This document shows, in pieces, positions 51,075 to 64,000 of a stretch of 64,000 bases of DNA. The stretch spans positions 620,001-684,000 of the forward strand of contig CAJFCJ010000002.1 of assembly GCA_904063045.1 (NCBI GenBank), read 5' to 3'. Each line of letters begins with the position of its first letter. Position 1 is the stretch's first letter. Source of the DNA: Dimorphilus gyrociliatus. Lineage: Eukaryota; Animalia; Annelida. Both the position numbers and the translations under genes were made by a program. The notes below the pieces were generated by a model, which searched no databases, was not told where the DNA came from, and saw only the letters and a program-made list of their open reading frames with translations.

Positions 51075-54000
51075 CTATGAAAATTTTATCTTTGAATCGA
51101 CACTAGAGTTAGATCCCACTGTCAGATTCGCTGGTGTCGACTCCATTGTGTTGTGCGAATTTGAATAGTTCATGTTGCGGAGAGAGACATTTAGACTAGG
51201 ATTCACTTGCGTCTTATTTAAATCATTCTGCCCAGATTTCACATTATCGAACTCGTTTGATTTAGCAGGACAGCCAATATTACTCTCTTGGAGTGTAGTC
51301 TTATCCAAGAGGATATATTTATTTACATCAATTATGTTTTCTTCAATTTCGCTTTCTATAAATGAATCTTCTTGACTGGTATCCGGCATTTTTTCATATA
51401 TAGGATCGCATGTTTTGTTCAAATCCAATTCAGAACTAGAAATAGGGGTTATTTTATGATCTGATACTGAAGAAATATCCAAGGTATCTTGAGAACATGA
51501 TAGACAATTATGAATATTTCCTGGATCCTTTTTACATGAATTACACATTTCAGGTGATAAGTATCCATCACCAGAAGCTTGTACTGATGTTGAATTTCTT
51601 TCCGTAACTATTTAGTTTAAAATATAAATTTAAAAGTGTTGATTATGAAACAATATTGTATCTTACTGTTACTTGGCAGTAGAAATTTCTTTGAATGTTG
51701 CTGCAAGATTCCCTTATTAAATTTTTTAAAAAAATAAATCAACACTTACATAAGACGAGTATGAATTCGACTTAGAATGGGAAAGCTTGTCTCGTACTTC
51801 TTGTGATATCCACTCCTGTCTGCGTAACCAATTTCTAAAACTGTCTTGAATTGTCTTTTCCATTGCACAATGAAATATAAATATGCCTGCACCCTGGCAA
51901 CTATTTAAAGCAGTAAACACGTATGCGGCCCAAACAAAATCACGAGAGATGTATAAAAATCCAAACACCCATCCTAAACCGAAAACAAATAGGAGCGAAA
52001 TAGTCGCTTTACCCATTGATCTTAGATTGAAAATTTTACTTTCTTAAAATTTGCAAAAAAGTATAATTAGAAAATACATTACAGGTATCGCTTCTTTTGA
52101 ACTTTATCATCCACACGTTTGGTATTAGATCCTTTACTGACGCCATAGATTTTAGAGAGGACGATGAACAACATCACAAAATTTATCTAAAATTAAAAAA
52201 TGATAAATGAAAAGTGTATAATTTTCATATGGCTTACAATTATAACTGTCAAGACAGGAACTATAAAAGCCCAAATCATTCGATCATTTAACCAACAACT
52301 GAAATGCAAGATAAAATAGTTACCAACATATTTTTAATTTGAAAAACTTACTATTTATCGGACTTAAAAGCTGTGTGATCAAATCCTGCGGTGACTCCAA
52401 TAATGACAATAGGGAAACCTGCCAAATTTCCAATTAGTTTGAAATACAAAAGTCAAATTTACCAACCATATCCAATTAATAGAAATATATATTTTAAGCA
52501 CGATGACGTTGTGTCAAAAACACTCACAGCAACAATATACATAGCTACACCTTGAAGACCCATCCATGTGAAACTAGACAATAAAAAGTAAAACAAAAGC
52601 CCTCCCATGATGATACATGGTACCTATTTCAATAAATGTCGAAATTACACAGGAAATAAACAATAAAAAGAAAATTTCACCTGATCATTTGTTCGTGAGA
52701 TTCCTGTTAAAAAAATTAGTTGAGCTATCATTATAGTAAATGTAAGATTTATTCTAATGAGATTTGTTGTTGATCCTAAAGATGGTTTGCTCAAATTTCG
52801 TCTGTAGTCAAATAATAAGTCAAAATTATATTATCCTGGCACGATGGATCTTACCTGAAAGCTACAAAGCATACAAATGAGAGAAATAAGCAAACTATAG
52901 AAATTGAACATCCAACATAAGTTATTATCATTAAATTTAATCGATGAGTTTCGGAGAGCTAAGAGAAATGTTTCAAACATTATAAAATAACAATCATTAG
53001 ATTAAAACCTTTGAATCAACATCCGAAATATCTAATAAAACTGCGAAATTGGTGAGATGATTGCATCTACACTTTGTATGAGTTTTATTGCTACTTTTGT
53101 GATCTTGATAGCATCCATATTCGGACCAACTTCCTCCAGAATTTCTGTTTTAAACACTTGAAACTGAGTCATAGATAGTACGTATGCTACTTACGATGTT
53201 GAATAATTCCAAAAAGAGCACAACATTTTCCCACTTTCTGAAGTCTAATAACGAAAATAAGAATGAATGTAAAACAAATGAAAACCAACATACATTTTTA
53301 TTTTGCATAATGTAGAAAATATCGCTCTCTAAACTTGTCGAATCCTTTGAGGAATTTTTTGGAAGTGCAGCTCCTATAACTTTACTATTAACAAATATCT
53401 TGGATGCATCCCTCTCTCCAGATGATGGTGAGAGATAAGATTCTACATTCGAATATTCAGTAAAGACAATGGGAAAAGTGTCGTCTTGTATACTAGCAAC
53501 TAAAAAAAACTCATCAAAATAATTGACAAAACTTCAACTTCATAAGAACTTACCAGGTATTGCTTTTCGAGGAACGATTATTTCATTAATATCCTTGCTG
53601 TTAATCGAATCATCTTTTAAAGTAGAAGGAAAAAACTTATATTCTTCAATAAATGAATTTTTTTGGACGATATTAATCTCTAAAACTGATAAGTAAACTT
53701 TATGAAAAATCATCTTATGATTTAAATTCAAACCTAAATTGACAGTAACAATAGGATTAATCTTTTTAGATTGATCTACAAACTTTCCTCTTTTCATTGC
53801 AGAATTTTCAACGCTAAGCATTAAATTACTAGCAATTTGATTTTTCATGTTCTTAGACAGTTCCATCCAAGTATTCTTCTTATCTTCGTCAAGCAAATTG
53901 CTGACAGATTGTGTAACTGCCTGAAATTGGATAAATGATTGTTATTTATTTTAAAGACTTAAAACAAACTATACAATTGTGATCTGTTCAACAATTGATT

Positions 54001-55764
54001 GGTTGGAAGAATCTTGAACATCCGAAGATATTCGCTCAAGAATTTCCGATAAGACCTCAATATCACCAGCATATTGAACATTATCCGTTTGTTTCGTAAT
54101 TTCCAATGCAGCCTCATCAGCTTGAATATTTTCTTTTTTTAACTGTATAAATAAAAATGAAGATATCTCTGTCATAACAATTTTCTATTTACTTGATCTA
54201 ATAGGCGTGAAGTGGCTGGTGAAATACATTTTGAAGTGTTTGGGTTTTTCCAACCTTCATTATAAACGCAGAGCCGTTCTGCTTCTGATATAGACAAAAT
54301 AAACATATTCACAAAGATTATAATAAAACTACATTTAAAAATAATTACGATTTTTCTTATCTGGACAGATGGCTTTGATAATTTTGAATTTTTCCGACAA
54401 AGAAACGTTGACACCTCCCCAAAATAAATCATGACTTCTAATTGATAGACATTCGGTATAAGACTCTTTCACCGTTATGTGATGTTTAGTGGTCGGTGTA
54501 TCGGTAGTTTTAACAGTTGAGAGTTTCTCTGATGTGTTTTTCGTTGCGGATAGTGGTGCTAACAAAGACAAAAGTTTTGAAACTATTAGGGAAAACAATT
54601 ACTTACTAGTAGGTTTTGATTCGTCTGCTTCAGCCGTAGTTTGGGAAGAAATAGGTCTTATTTTTGTTGATCTATTGTCTTCTGAAAAGTATAAGATTTA
54701 AAATTTGAATACACATCTTCAAGAAGAAAAAAAGTTAATTTTTATCAGGAAGTTTGATCAGAACATCAAGAAAGCACAGCAGAATAGACTGGAAATATCC
54801 CGATAAAAGCTTAAATATATCTCACAGCATAATAAGTTTGAAATTATAGCTATTTTTATTTCTTGAGAGATTATGTAACAGTTGATGGTGTTATAGAACT
54901 CACTCGTTCTGTGATTAGGTAGCTGCCGACTGCTAACTGTGTTTGAGCTTGTAAAAGTTGAATTATTAGACGTTGGTGAAAAGGTTGAGATTTTATTTAA
55001 CAACGACGATGGGTTAGAACTTATATTTTTCAAGTTAGTGGGTATATAAGTAGTATTTAACGGGATTTTGTTAGATTTGTCGGATATTTTAGTAAAAGGC
55101 TTCAAGCTAAGGTGCTCATAACCTTCAGTTGTAAATAGTGATGGGCTTCCAGAAACATTGTTAAATTCTTGAGAGCTCATATTTGCAGTTGTTTTTAAAT
55201 TTACAAATTTTGTAGTTTTAAAAGTTGTTGGAATGGTGGTTTCGACTGAAAATTGAGTTTTTTGATACAAAATTATAAGTTTAAAATAATTCAACTCATG
55301 TCTGAGATAATTAGGTATAAATTGCGTAACTCTTTTGATATCATAAGACCTTACCGTAGCCAGGTATACATGTGTAGAAAACCATAATATAAGTATAAGG
55401 AGGATATTCAGTGTTAGAAAATGTTTTCTTTTTATACTCTAAAGCACATGTTTCTTTCATACGACACCTATAATAATAATTTTTAGGATTTCAACACTGA
55501 TTAAAAATGCACCTACATTTCTAGGACATATTCTTTGGCGGAATGATCTCTTAACCTTAATTCCTTGTTTTCTTTAGGTTGAGCAGAGCACACAACTTTT
55601 TCTCTAGGGTCATATCCATGGAAGACAAAATCTATTCGAAGTACGAAGTTTTTAAGGCACTTCACTTCCACCCTGTGACCGAAGCATAAAATCGTATTTC
55701 GGCCATCTGCACGATTTAAGAACGCAATGATGAATATAGTTTGAAGAATATATTCAATTTTCAT
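51075..55764 (-). CDS. Latrophilin/Cirl-like adhesion GPCR
   Basis: Signal peptide, SUEL/Gal-lectin-like Cys domain, Ser/Thr stalk, HRM (FW..CP..C..GW..C), GAIN/GPS (CSFW..WSEYGC..CRCNHL/TNFAVLL), 7TM (LLFVFGLGWVFG, FTALNSCQGAGIFIFHC). Confidence 0.88.
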
Positions 55765-58069
55765 TTTTCGGTAGAAAGGTTGAAATAGCCCTGTCTGAAA
55801 ATTCAAAGTATATAATCATTCAAAAAACTATACCAATCATTTGTGATAAATCTTCAAGATTCTAACCAAGCACACTTTTCTTATTTTATCTAATGACTAA
55901 TGTAAAGCTAATCTTGAAAATCTGGTACCATATTTTCTACATCTGTATAGCAAATTTAAGAGTATTTTCTTTGTATGTTGTAGTAGATTTAAGGGTAAAC
56001 TAATGTGAGCTCAAATAGTATATGTAAAACGTTTATAAAATTTTAGAAAATTAGACTTTGAAGAAAGCTTACTGGTATTGAGTTTAATTAGAAACAAAAG
56101 AAAGTTTCTATTCTAAAATTAATCCAAATAATTGAAGTCTAGATGCTTCTTCAATATATATTTATAATATGACGACAAATAACAAAGCGGAAGAGGGGGG
56201 AGGAGACGAAAGGAAAAAGCGGGGAGGGAGAGGTCACTGGGCTAATATTTACATTAAATCTCCTTTAGCAATAAATGACTCGGTCATCTCTAGATGCTCT
56301 ACATAGGGTTTTTGCTATTTTGATGAAATTATGTCAATACTTCACAACTTCAAAAAGAAAAAAAGACCATTTATATTTAATTTTATGCAGGATGACTACA
56401 ACAACTAAGGACGATCCCATTACATTACAAATAAAATAAATTCTACCCTTTTCATTAATAAGTTAGAGTAATAGGAAAATGAATGGCAAAAATAGATAAT
56501 AAAGAATTTTAGCTAACTATTTCTTTATATATCTCAATACTTTGCAAAAGTGCAAAAAATTTGAAATACTTAGACGTATGGCAGGAACAAATATCCTTGT
56601 ATAAGTAAGCAATGACACTCCCAACCTTTCATAAGTACTGTTTATAAGCCCGAAGGATATAAATGAATTAGTAAATGATATAGTTATTTCTTAAAATGAT
56701 GGATATAGGGAAGTAGACTTTTTAGCAATTCTCATTTCGTGCCGCTGCATGCTTGAATAAGATGAAAGTGACAAATAAATGCGACAGGCGCGTAACTAAT
56801 CGCCAAACTGCTTTAGGGAAAGTAATATACATATATTTGTTATATTGGATAAATGTTGAGTAAAATTATTAATTTAGTTCCATTCCTAAAGTCTCCCAAA
56901 AAAAAACTTTTCGGTATAAAGTTTTCTGGACTTTACAGAAAACATTTAGTCGAAAAGCAAATCCTGTAAGAATTTGCCAGTAAACGAAAATGATTAACGT
57001 ATTCCTATTTTAGCTGTAGCTAAAAATGAAGTTTAGAAATATTTTGTTTAGATACCTGCAGGCAAGGTGTCTCCATTGTGTTAGTCATGCCCTTTCAAAT
57101 TTGATATACTTTTCCTATTAGTTGTATTAATATTATATAGTTAAATGAAACAACTCATTCACAATGACATATATTTTCACTGTTCAAAAATACATGATTT
57201 GACAGTTATCAAACATATAATTTTCGATTTCAGAAACAATGGCGCGAAAACTGGGTTTCTAGTTTAACAATTCCTACAAAAAATAGGTACCAACCTTTTG
57301 AAATTTTAACAGAAAGTAAACATGAAAGATATCACCATTGTGATGAAGAATTCAAACTCAATAACAACGATAATATTCAACTAAAATGAAAACTCCTGAT
57401 CGCCTCTGTTCAAAGACTGAGGAAGAAGTGAAACAGAGCCACAGTCCATTTACTATATTTCTGATAACTGGGAAAATCAAAATGTCTGCCATATTAAACC
57501 CTTTTGAAATATCTTCGATAAAAAGTTAAAAACTATCTTAAGCAAAGAAATTTTTCTTGCCTTAAAAATTTAGGAAAGATTTACAAAAAGCTTTGATACG
57601 ACAATATTTTTACGAAAATATCATCCACTTCTGTTTCCTGGTTGTTAGCCGTTGCATTTACGGAGAAGTTAACTGGTAACTAACCCGTGTAAAGCTCTAT
57701 ATCTTTAAGGTATTTCTTTTAAAAACTCGTCTATTTCAGAAATATTGTTTTGTGTGTTATATATAGTTTTGACTAAAGTCAGTCATTCTAAAAGCGTAAC
57801 TTATACGTTACATATATGGATGACATTCATATATGATATGGTGTACACAAATGTCCTTGAAACATCAAATGTAGGTGATTGGTATTAAAATTGTTTTATT
57901 CTGAAAATTACTAATTTATTAACACTGATTATATTTGAACTTCTAAGAATTAGAGAATTTAATAAACTTCAGAATTTGGTCTTTTAAAGCCTTGAGATGG
58001 CGCTACAAAGTTCAAAACTATTTTTAAGTCCGTTAATCTTCTGTTTTATCATTATAGGTGTTATTCGAC

Positions 58070-59562
58070 ATGGCGTGCAAAAAAGTTGAGGTAATAACTT
58101 TTTTAAATACTTTTTATGTTCTATTAAGTTGCTATACAAATATGCAAGTCATCATTAACAAAAAAAATTCACCTTAATTATGGAAACATATTATGAAATA
58201 TGCGTCTCCAGTAATGTAAGCGCACCTGGTTGCCGTGGTAACATTTGCTATTCTACCACTAGCTATGTCATCCAAAGCACCAGCGAAAATTTCTAAATCT
58301 GTGAATTACAAAAAATCAGCCAAAATGCTGACAAAGCATGCGACAGAATCATCTTTAACAAATATTGAAATCAGTGATAAATTGAATTCCACGGATTTAT
58401 TGTTTTTATTGAAGCAATCATTGAGAGATAATTCATGCGTGAGTCTATGTGCACATTCTTTTAATTTTGAAACATTTGTAACATCAGTTATAAACTCATG
58501 TTACATTTGAACAGATTGCATGATTAATTAAAATTAAATTCATTGTGTTAATAGAAAAATGATGTTCCGTTAATTTAAACGATAACGAGATTGTAGGAAT
58601 CTGCTGATCCTAATCAGCAGAATTTATGCGCACGGGGAGCTTTTTAATGCCGCTGATAGGTCAAGATTTTCAAGAAACATAGGTCAACCACAACACAGCT
58701 TCACTAATCAATAAATCCTAATCAAAGAAATATATTATTAGATGCTAGTCATTGAGAAATTTTTTTCAGATTTTTCTCTTAGCACTGCTAACCCATTTTA
58801 TTTACAACAGAATGAAGTTATGCCAACATCCAAGTTGGAACTAACGAAACCCGCTCCTGACTTTGGAGGTCAAGCTGTGGTTAAAGGCGAATTTAAAGAA
58901 ATAAAATTAAGCGATTATAAAGGAAAAGTAAATATTAATAAAATACATTTCAAAAATAAGAAAATTTTATTTTAGTACCTGGTTTTCTTCTTTTATCCAC
59001 TCGATTTCACTTTTGTATGTCCGACTGAAATTATTGCATTCAGTGATCGTGTTGATGAATTCCAAGCCATCAATTGCGAAGTTGTCGCGTGCTCGACGGA
59101 CTCACACTTTTCCCATTTGGCTTGGATCAATACTCCAAGAAAGCAAGGAGGTTTGGGTGAAATGAAAATACCCATTCTTGCAGATAAAAACTGCGAAATT
59201 GCGAAAGCATATGGCGTTTATAAGAGTGAAGATGGAATTGCTTTTCGGTTAGTGTTCATTTTCGTATTGCACAATAGCTCATAAATTTTCGCCCCTCAGT
59301 GGATTATTTATAATCGACAATAAAGGGAATTTGAGACAAATTACCATTAATGATCTGCCAGTAGGGCGATCTGTCGATGAGACGCTTAGATTGGTCCAAG
59401 CCTTTCAGTTTACTGATAAACATGGAGAAGGTATGACTAAAATTTCTATCTATATAGATAGCTGATTAAATTGTTTCAGTTTGCCCCGCTGGTTGGAAGC
59501 CAGGTGCTGACACTATGAAGCCAGATCCAAAGGGAAGTAAAGTATATTTCTCGAAGCAGTAG
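58070..59562 (+). CDS. PRDX: Typical 2-Cys peroxiredoxin (Prx1/2 type)
   Basis: [46 protein letters not shown]; stop at 59560-59562. The start is either MACKKVE (58070-58090) spliced to 58811 or the internal ATG near 58820. Confidence 0.93.
58229..58242. promoter_or_regulatory. RFX X-box GTTGCCGTGGTAAC
   Basis: Matches GTTRCC-N2-RGYAAC; lies in the putative peroxiredoxin first intron. Confidence 0.5.
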
Positions 59563-59694
59563 ATGGTATTCATTAGATGATGTTTTAACATGAAAATATC
59601 TAATAGTTTATGTCTACGTAGTAGAATCGATGTAATTCGATAAAATAAACTTTTAAATCAAAAGAAAACAACTACATTTTTAAGATGTATTCAA

Positions 59695-60677
59695 TTAGGG
59701 ACATATATTTTCTATCAACCAATCTCCCTCACCATTTGATGTAATAAGTTCATTAATATCTTCTCCTTCAATTTGCTTCCTATATAAAACTCTCTCGTTT
59801 CCAAATAAACCATCCGGCTTAAAAATCTCAACTGAGTCTGCTTCTAATGCATATGACCGCCTATTGTATTAAAACACAAAAATATAGTATGTATATAAAC
59901 CAACTATATGACAACGCCTACACATGAAAAGGGCATGGTAATTCGTGAACAATACCCAAGAACTTCTCATGCTTCTCTTGCAAATCCTTAAAAATAGTCG
60001 GAATTATTATTTATAATTATACCATTGAACACATACAGATACAGATTGCACGGCTTGCCCCTGCTGAGTGATATGATAGTACGCTTTATAGTCATCAGAA
60101 AGCTTACTATAGTCTTTTAAAGTTTCAGACTCGCTTAACTTATTAACCCTGCCTTCTACACGAATCTAAAAACAATAATTTATATTAAAAAAATATGTGT
60201 TAGATCTGAAACTGAATACCTGGTTTAAAACTCCATTAATAGTCCAAAGAAAAATTGCAGTTGCATAATTGTTCTCTTCCTAAAAAAAAGAGACAGGTCG
60301 TACTCTACCTTGAGAATGACATTTTAACTTACGAGCTCTTCGGCTTTTCGACTTGTTGTCATTGCAAAGAAGTGAAAACTAGTCTGCTCTTTACTTGTCT
60401 TCGTGAGGACCATCGTCCTTGCTGAAGGTTTGTTGTCATTTCCAGAGGTGCAGAGGATAAACTGATTCACTTTGATAAACTTTTCGTATTCTGTTTGCAT
60501 TTTGTTGAATTGATCCATCGGGTGTCGCTCTACAGAACTTTTCGAAAATCTAACCATGTCGAATTTCTGTTGCTGTAGTCCATCATTCTTCTCAATAAGA
60601 TCGGAGAGTGTTCTATTGCAGGTATCAGACATGTTCATAAAAGGATCTTTTATACAATTTTTCGCTCTTAGAATCAT
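59695..60677 (-). CDS. Divergent pyridox(am)ine 5'-phosphate oxidase-like split-barrel flavoprotein, 5 exons
   Basis: KPSARTMVL, FF..TSRKAEEL, Q|IRVEG, and C-terminal GEGDWLIENICP* resembling human PNPO GEEDWLYERLAP. Confidence 0.8.
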
Positions 60678-60832
60678 TCACTGTAACTGCGGGCCAATTT
60701 TTGATAGATTGTGTTTTGCGTCTATTATTCAACAGCTGTGCATGTTAGCTTTTATTTGTTTCGGAAAATTTAAACGAACATAGATAGATAATAGCCTTAA
60801 CCAAAAAACACACTAAGCAAACTTAAAAATTT

Positions 60833-61004
60833 TTAAGAACACAAATTTTCGATAACCCAACCATCGTCTCCCTTTCGTGAAAGGCTTTCCTCAACTACCT
60901 CGTTCTCTTTCAGTTTCCTGTATTGAACAGTATCGTTCAATTTTCGTCCTGATTCGATACTGTTATAAAATTGGTAATTTTCCGCAATAAGGCTATAAGC
61001 TTGT
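60833..61004 (-). CDS. Terminal exon of a second PNPO-like paralogue (upstream exons not found in window)
   Basis: tttcag acceptor in the same phase as the neighbour's last exon; QAYSL..VQYRKL..GDDGWVIENLCS* aligns with RSYAL..VLYRKQ..GEGDWLIENICP*. Confidence 0.6.
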
Positions 61005-61446
61005 CTGAAATTAAAGAAAAACAATTTTACTTAAGCATACATACTCTGTCAATAGATGGCGTAACAGATTTTTAAAAAAGTAGGCCGATATTGGCTTTCA
61101 TATTAACCAGGTTGATTTTTTGCGACAAGCTCTCTAATTTGTTTTGGCACAAATAATACCTACTGAACGGTAAACATCTAATATAAAGAATAATTTATTT
61201 GTAGCTGACATTTGTGAAAGACGAGTGATATTCCACGAAACCTTGAATAAGTTGGAAAAAAATTTTGCTTCAGCTGAATAAATAATAATATAGGAAGATA
61301 TTTTTTAACTATTAGTAAATTCTTTACAACTATTTAGAGTTGGACGAATATTCAAGCAGCTACTAAGTATAAAACCCAATAGCATACAGGTAGATTTTGA
61401 TTAGCATAAAAAGTGGCACGCATTCTATTTCTTGAATTTCAGAATC

Positions 61447-61650
61447 ATGTCGAATGAAGTGATCGAAGCTCAAAAGAAATTAGTAGAGCAGCTGAAGATT
61501 GAAAGTCAAGTCGATAGATATCCGGTATCGAAAACAAGTGAAGAACTTGTAAAATACATTCGGGAGTCACAAGAATATGATCCATTTCTAATCGGAATTG
61601 ACAAGAAACAAAATCCGTTCAAGGAAAAATCTAGCTGCGTTGTCTTGTGA
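61447..61650 (+). CDS. GNG: Heterotrimeric G-protein gamma subunit (invertebrate Ggamma1 type)
   Basis: VEQLKIE, VSKTSEEL, DPFL, NPFKEKSSCVVL (CaaX-L); intronless 67-aa CDS. Confidence 0.95.
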   Translation: MSNEVIEAQKKLVEQLKIESQVDRYPVSKTSEELVKYIRESQEYDPFLIGIDKKQNPFKEKSSCVVL

Positions 61651-63828
61651 AAATTCCCTTAGCGAACAAGTCCATACATGCTTTTTATTTGACTAAAACT
61701 GTTGAATAGAATAATTCGGCAAGTATTCGCAATATGATCGTAAAGTGTCTTAATTTAATGCAGAAATACTCATCAAATTACCACTCTTTTAATATATATC
61801 TTTTTTTGCAATAAACGAATTGATATGGGCTCCATTCTGCATCGTTGAATAAAAATTCCCGTCAATTTTGCATATTATTTATTGATAATATCGACTGCTT
61901 TTGAATTGTGGATGACAAACTAATCGCGTCAGAAGCTTATGAGCTTGAAAGCATGGTGTCGGATGTTATCAAGAATATAGTGAAGAAAAGTGTCAGCATC
62001 TATCCCTTTGAAAGAGTATACGATTCATTCGTTTCATTCTTTATAGGCAATCATATGAATAATTACAAAAGAGCTATGCAATTGATCATTAATACTGGAA
62101 ATAAGGAAATAAAGTCAAAAACATACTAGTTTAAAATCAGTTGTCGATAACTTTACCATTCAAAATTTCTAAACTTCCATATCAACTTAGAATAATTATA
62201 CTAACCGTCTTTATTACGGTTTGTTGACTAAATAAACAACACAATATGGCAGTATGTGGTCACGCATAAAAAATGTATGATTCTGCATACATTGGTATAT
62301 CTAATTCGGAGAATGACACACAAATAGGGAATGATTCCCTAAGCTTAAAAAATCTAAAACCTATATATTTGAAGAGAAGGAGGAAAAAGTCCATTTATAT
62401 TGCCTTCAGCCAGCGTCGCTTAGATCGTACATTTACATGACGGTCGGCCATTAGGTGCTTTGTGTTGATGGCTTCTGGAAGATCTGGTAGGTCGAACTCG
62501 AAATCGACAGTTATGCATGAAATGCAGGTAGGATCTATTTTGTTGTCTTTGATTACGAATTAATATTTAATATAATGGTTTGAAACAAAGTCACAAACTT
62601 TTAATTGCATTGTTGTAGTGTTTCTATGACTATATAAGTATATTTCATCAAAACTTAAATTCTAATATTAAAGAGTTTCTGATAGAGAGTACACTAAGCC
62701 ATCTATCTCATAAAAAAGAACTCCAGTCATAACTTTCCCTTACAAGTATATGACTTGACTTGGTGATTAAAAACCGTTATTTCCTGTATTGAAACAATAA
62801 TGGCTTGGGTGGAATGTTATTAAACATAGCTCGGGGCACTTTTACCTGTGTAATGCTTATAAATATATGACGAAATGATTATAAATAAATATGCTTAAAT
62901 TGTCTTAAGAGAAAACATGAGAAATTTTAAATGAAAAATTGCTGTATATTAGGAGAAAGGAAATTAAGCATAAAAAGCGAGTAAAGATTGAAATTTTCCT
63001 ATATAAAGATATAAAGATAAAATATCTATGCTAATTATCAATTTTCTACGAAAAATTAATGAGAAAAAACATTATTATCGATCGCTTCAGAGCTATGAGA
63101 AACTGTTTAGTTTTTTAACGGAAGGGACTCAGAGATATGTAGTTAATTATGCAATATAAGATTCTTTTAATCAGACCCATCAGTGAAATTGGTATAAAAT
63201 ATTTACAACCAGTAGCTGGTATCTAGATTTTAAATTCCCTGCAAAGAAACTCACTCTTATACCAACATAAAAATATTTCAAATATTTCATGAAAGATTGC
63301 TTGTGTAATCAATAATCCGAGGTTTCTTTCTATTCACTTGATCATTGATTCCACGAATTTTAGAAACAATTATTACAATATATCCTAGGAAATTTACCGT
63401 ACATCATTTCAGTTAATGAGAAAATATTTAATATATGATATTCGACTTATATAAATCAACTACATTCTCAATTGGAAAATAAAAAAACGCAGGCGAGATC
63501 TGTTTTGGATTGACAGTGTGAATCATCAGCAAAGCAGATTTGTGCTCTTTCCATCGAAAATGCATATAGAACTGTATAGAAAAGTATAGCTCTCCCCCTG
63601 TGTTCATAATACACATATCGTATTCGACAAACCATAGCAAATTTACACAAGATAGCCGAAACAATAGAAATGAATCGTCTGCCGGAAATGACGGTGAAAG
63701 CGTAAAAGGGATTTCCTAGACGCGAACCTATTACTATTTTTACGATTAACTTTAATTGCTGGCGTCATCATTTGTAGAATAAATTGATTGAAATCATTTT
63801 ACTCGAAACCAGTCGATTTTCAAGTCGA

Positions 63829-63842
63829 GTGCCCCCTCTGTG
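63829..63842 (-). promoter_or_regulatory. CTCF-like site CACAGAGGGGGCAC
   Basis: AGGGGGCAC core at the edge of a GC-rich promoter-like patch (63830-63940). Confidence 0.5.
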
Positions 63843-64000
63843 ATGCGGTAGGACGTCCAAAGTAGAAGCGTCTATTGATCGCGCATTATGCAGACGGCGT
63901 CACACAGAGACGCTCAGCGCGCGCGTTCTGGTCATTCTGCTTGGTTACTAGTCTCTTTTGCTAGGAGATTTTTCTCTCGTTAATGTGGAAATTAATCGAT

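Noticed and set aside
59790-59830. Suspected frameshift in the PNPO-like last exon
   Set aside because: On re-reading, the frame is continuous (EIFKPDGLFGNERVLYR).
61908-62129. 73-aa plus-strand ORF after G-gamma
   Set aside because: GTG start, no motif, no convincing splice context.

Overview
This is AT-rich, gene-dense eukaryotic (animal) DNA with very short GT-AG introns of about 50-60 nt. That fits a compact-genome bilaterian invertebrate; an annelid/lophotrochozoan is my guess only. Bases 1-18 kb look empty in the ORF track, but they hold the minus-strand 5' region of a cAMP phosphodiesterase 4 (PDE4/dunce) gene whose shared exons lie left of the window. At least six short alternative first coding exons all end in a phase-2 donor. 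One is RRHSWI(C), the vertebrate PDE4D3-type N-terminus. A further two-exon unit (hydrophobic leader exon plus ectodomain/TM/cytoplasmic exon) also ends in a phase-2 donor and predicts a receptor-like transmembrane PDE4, the top finding. Next come MAST kinase (-, four alternative N-termini), MAP3K1/MEKK1 (-), an unknown gene (+), MIER (+), an atypical clan-2-like CYP (-), TTLL7 (-), TRIR (+), a latrophilin-like adhesion GPCR (-), 2-Cys peroxiredoxin (+), a divergent PNPO-like gene plus an orphan duplicate last exon (-), and a G-protein gamma subunit (+). Most of these families have human orthologues in the 1p/5q/19p paralogon. CTCF-like motifs are frequent. All exon structures were read by eye; no databases were searched.
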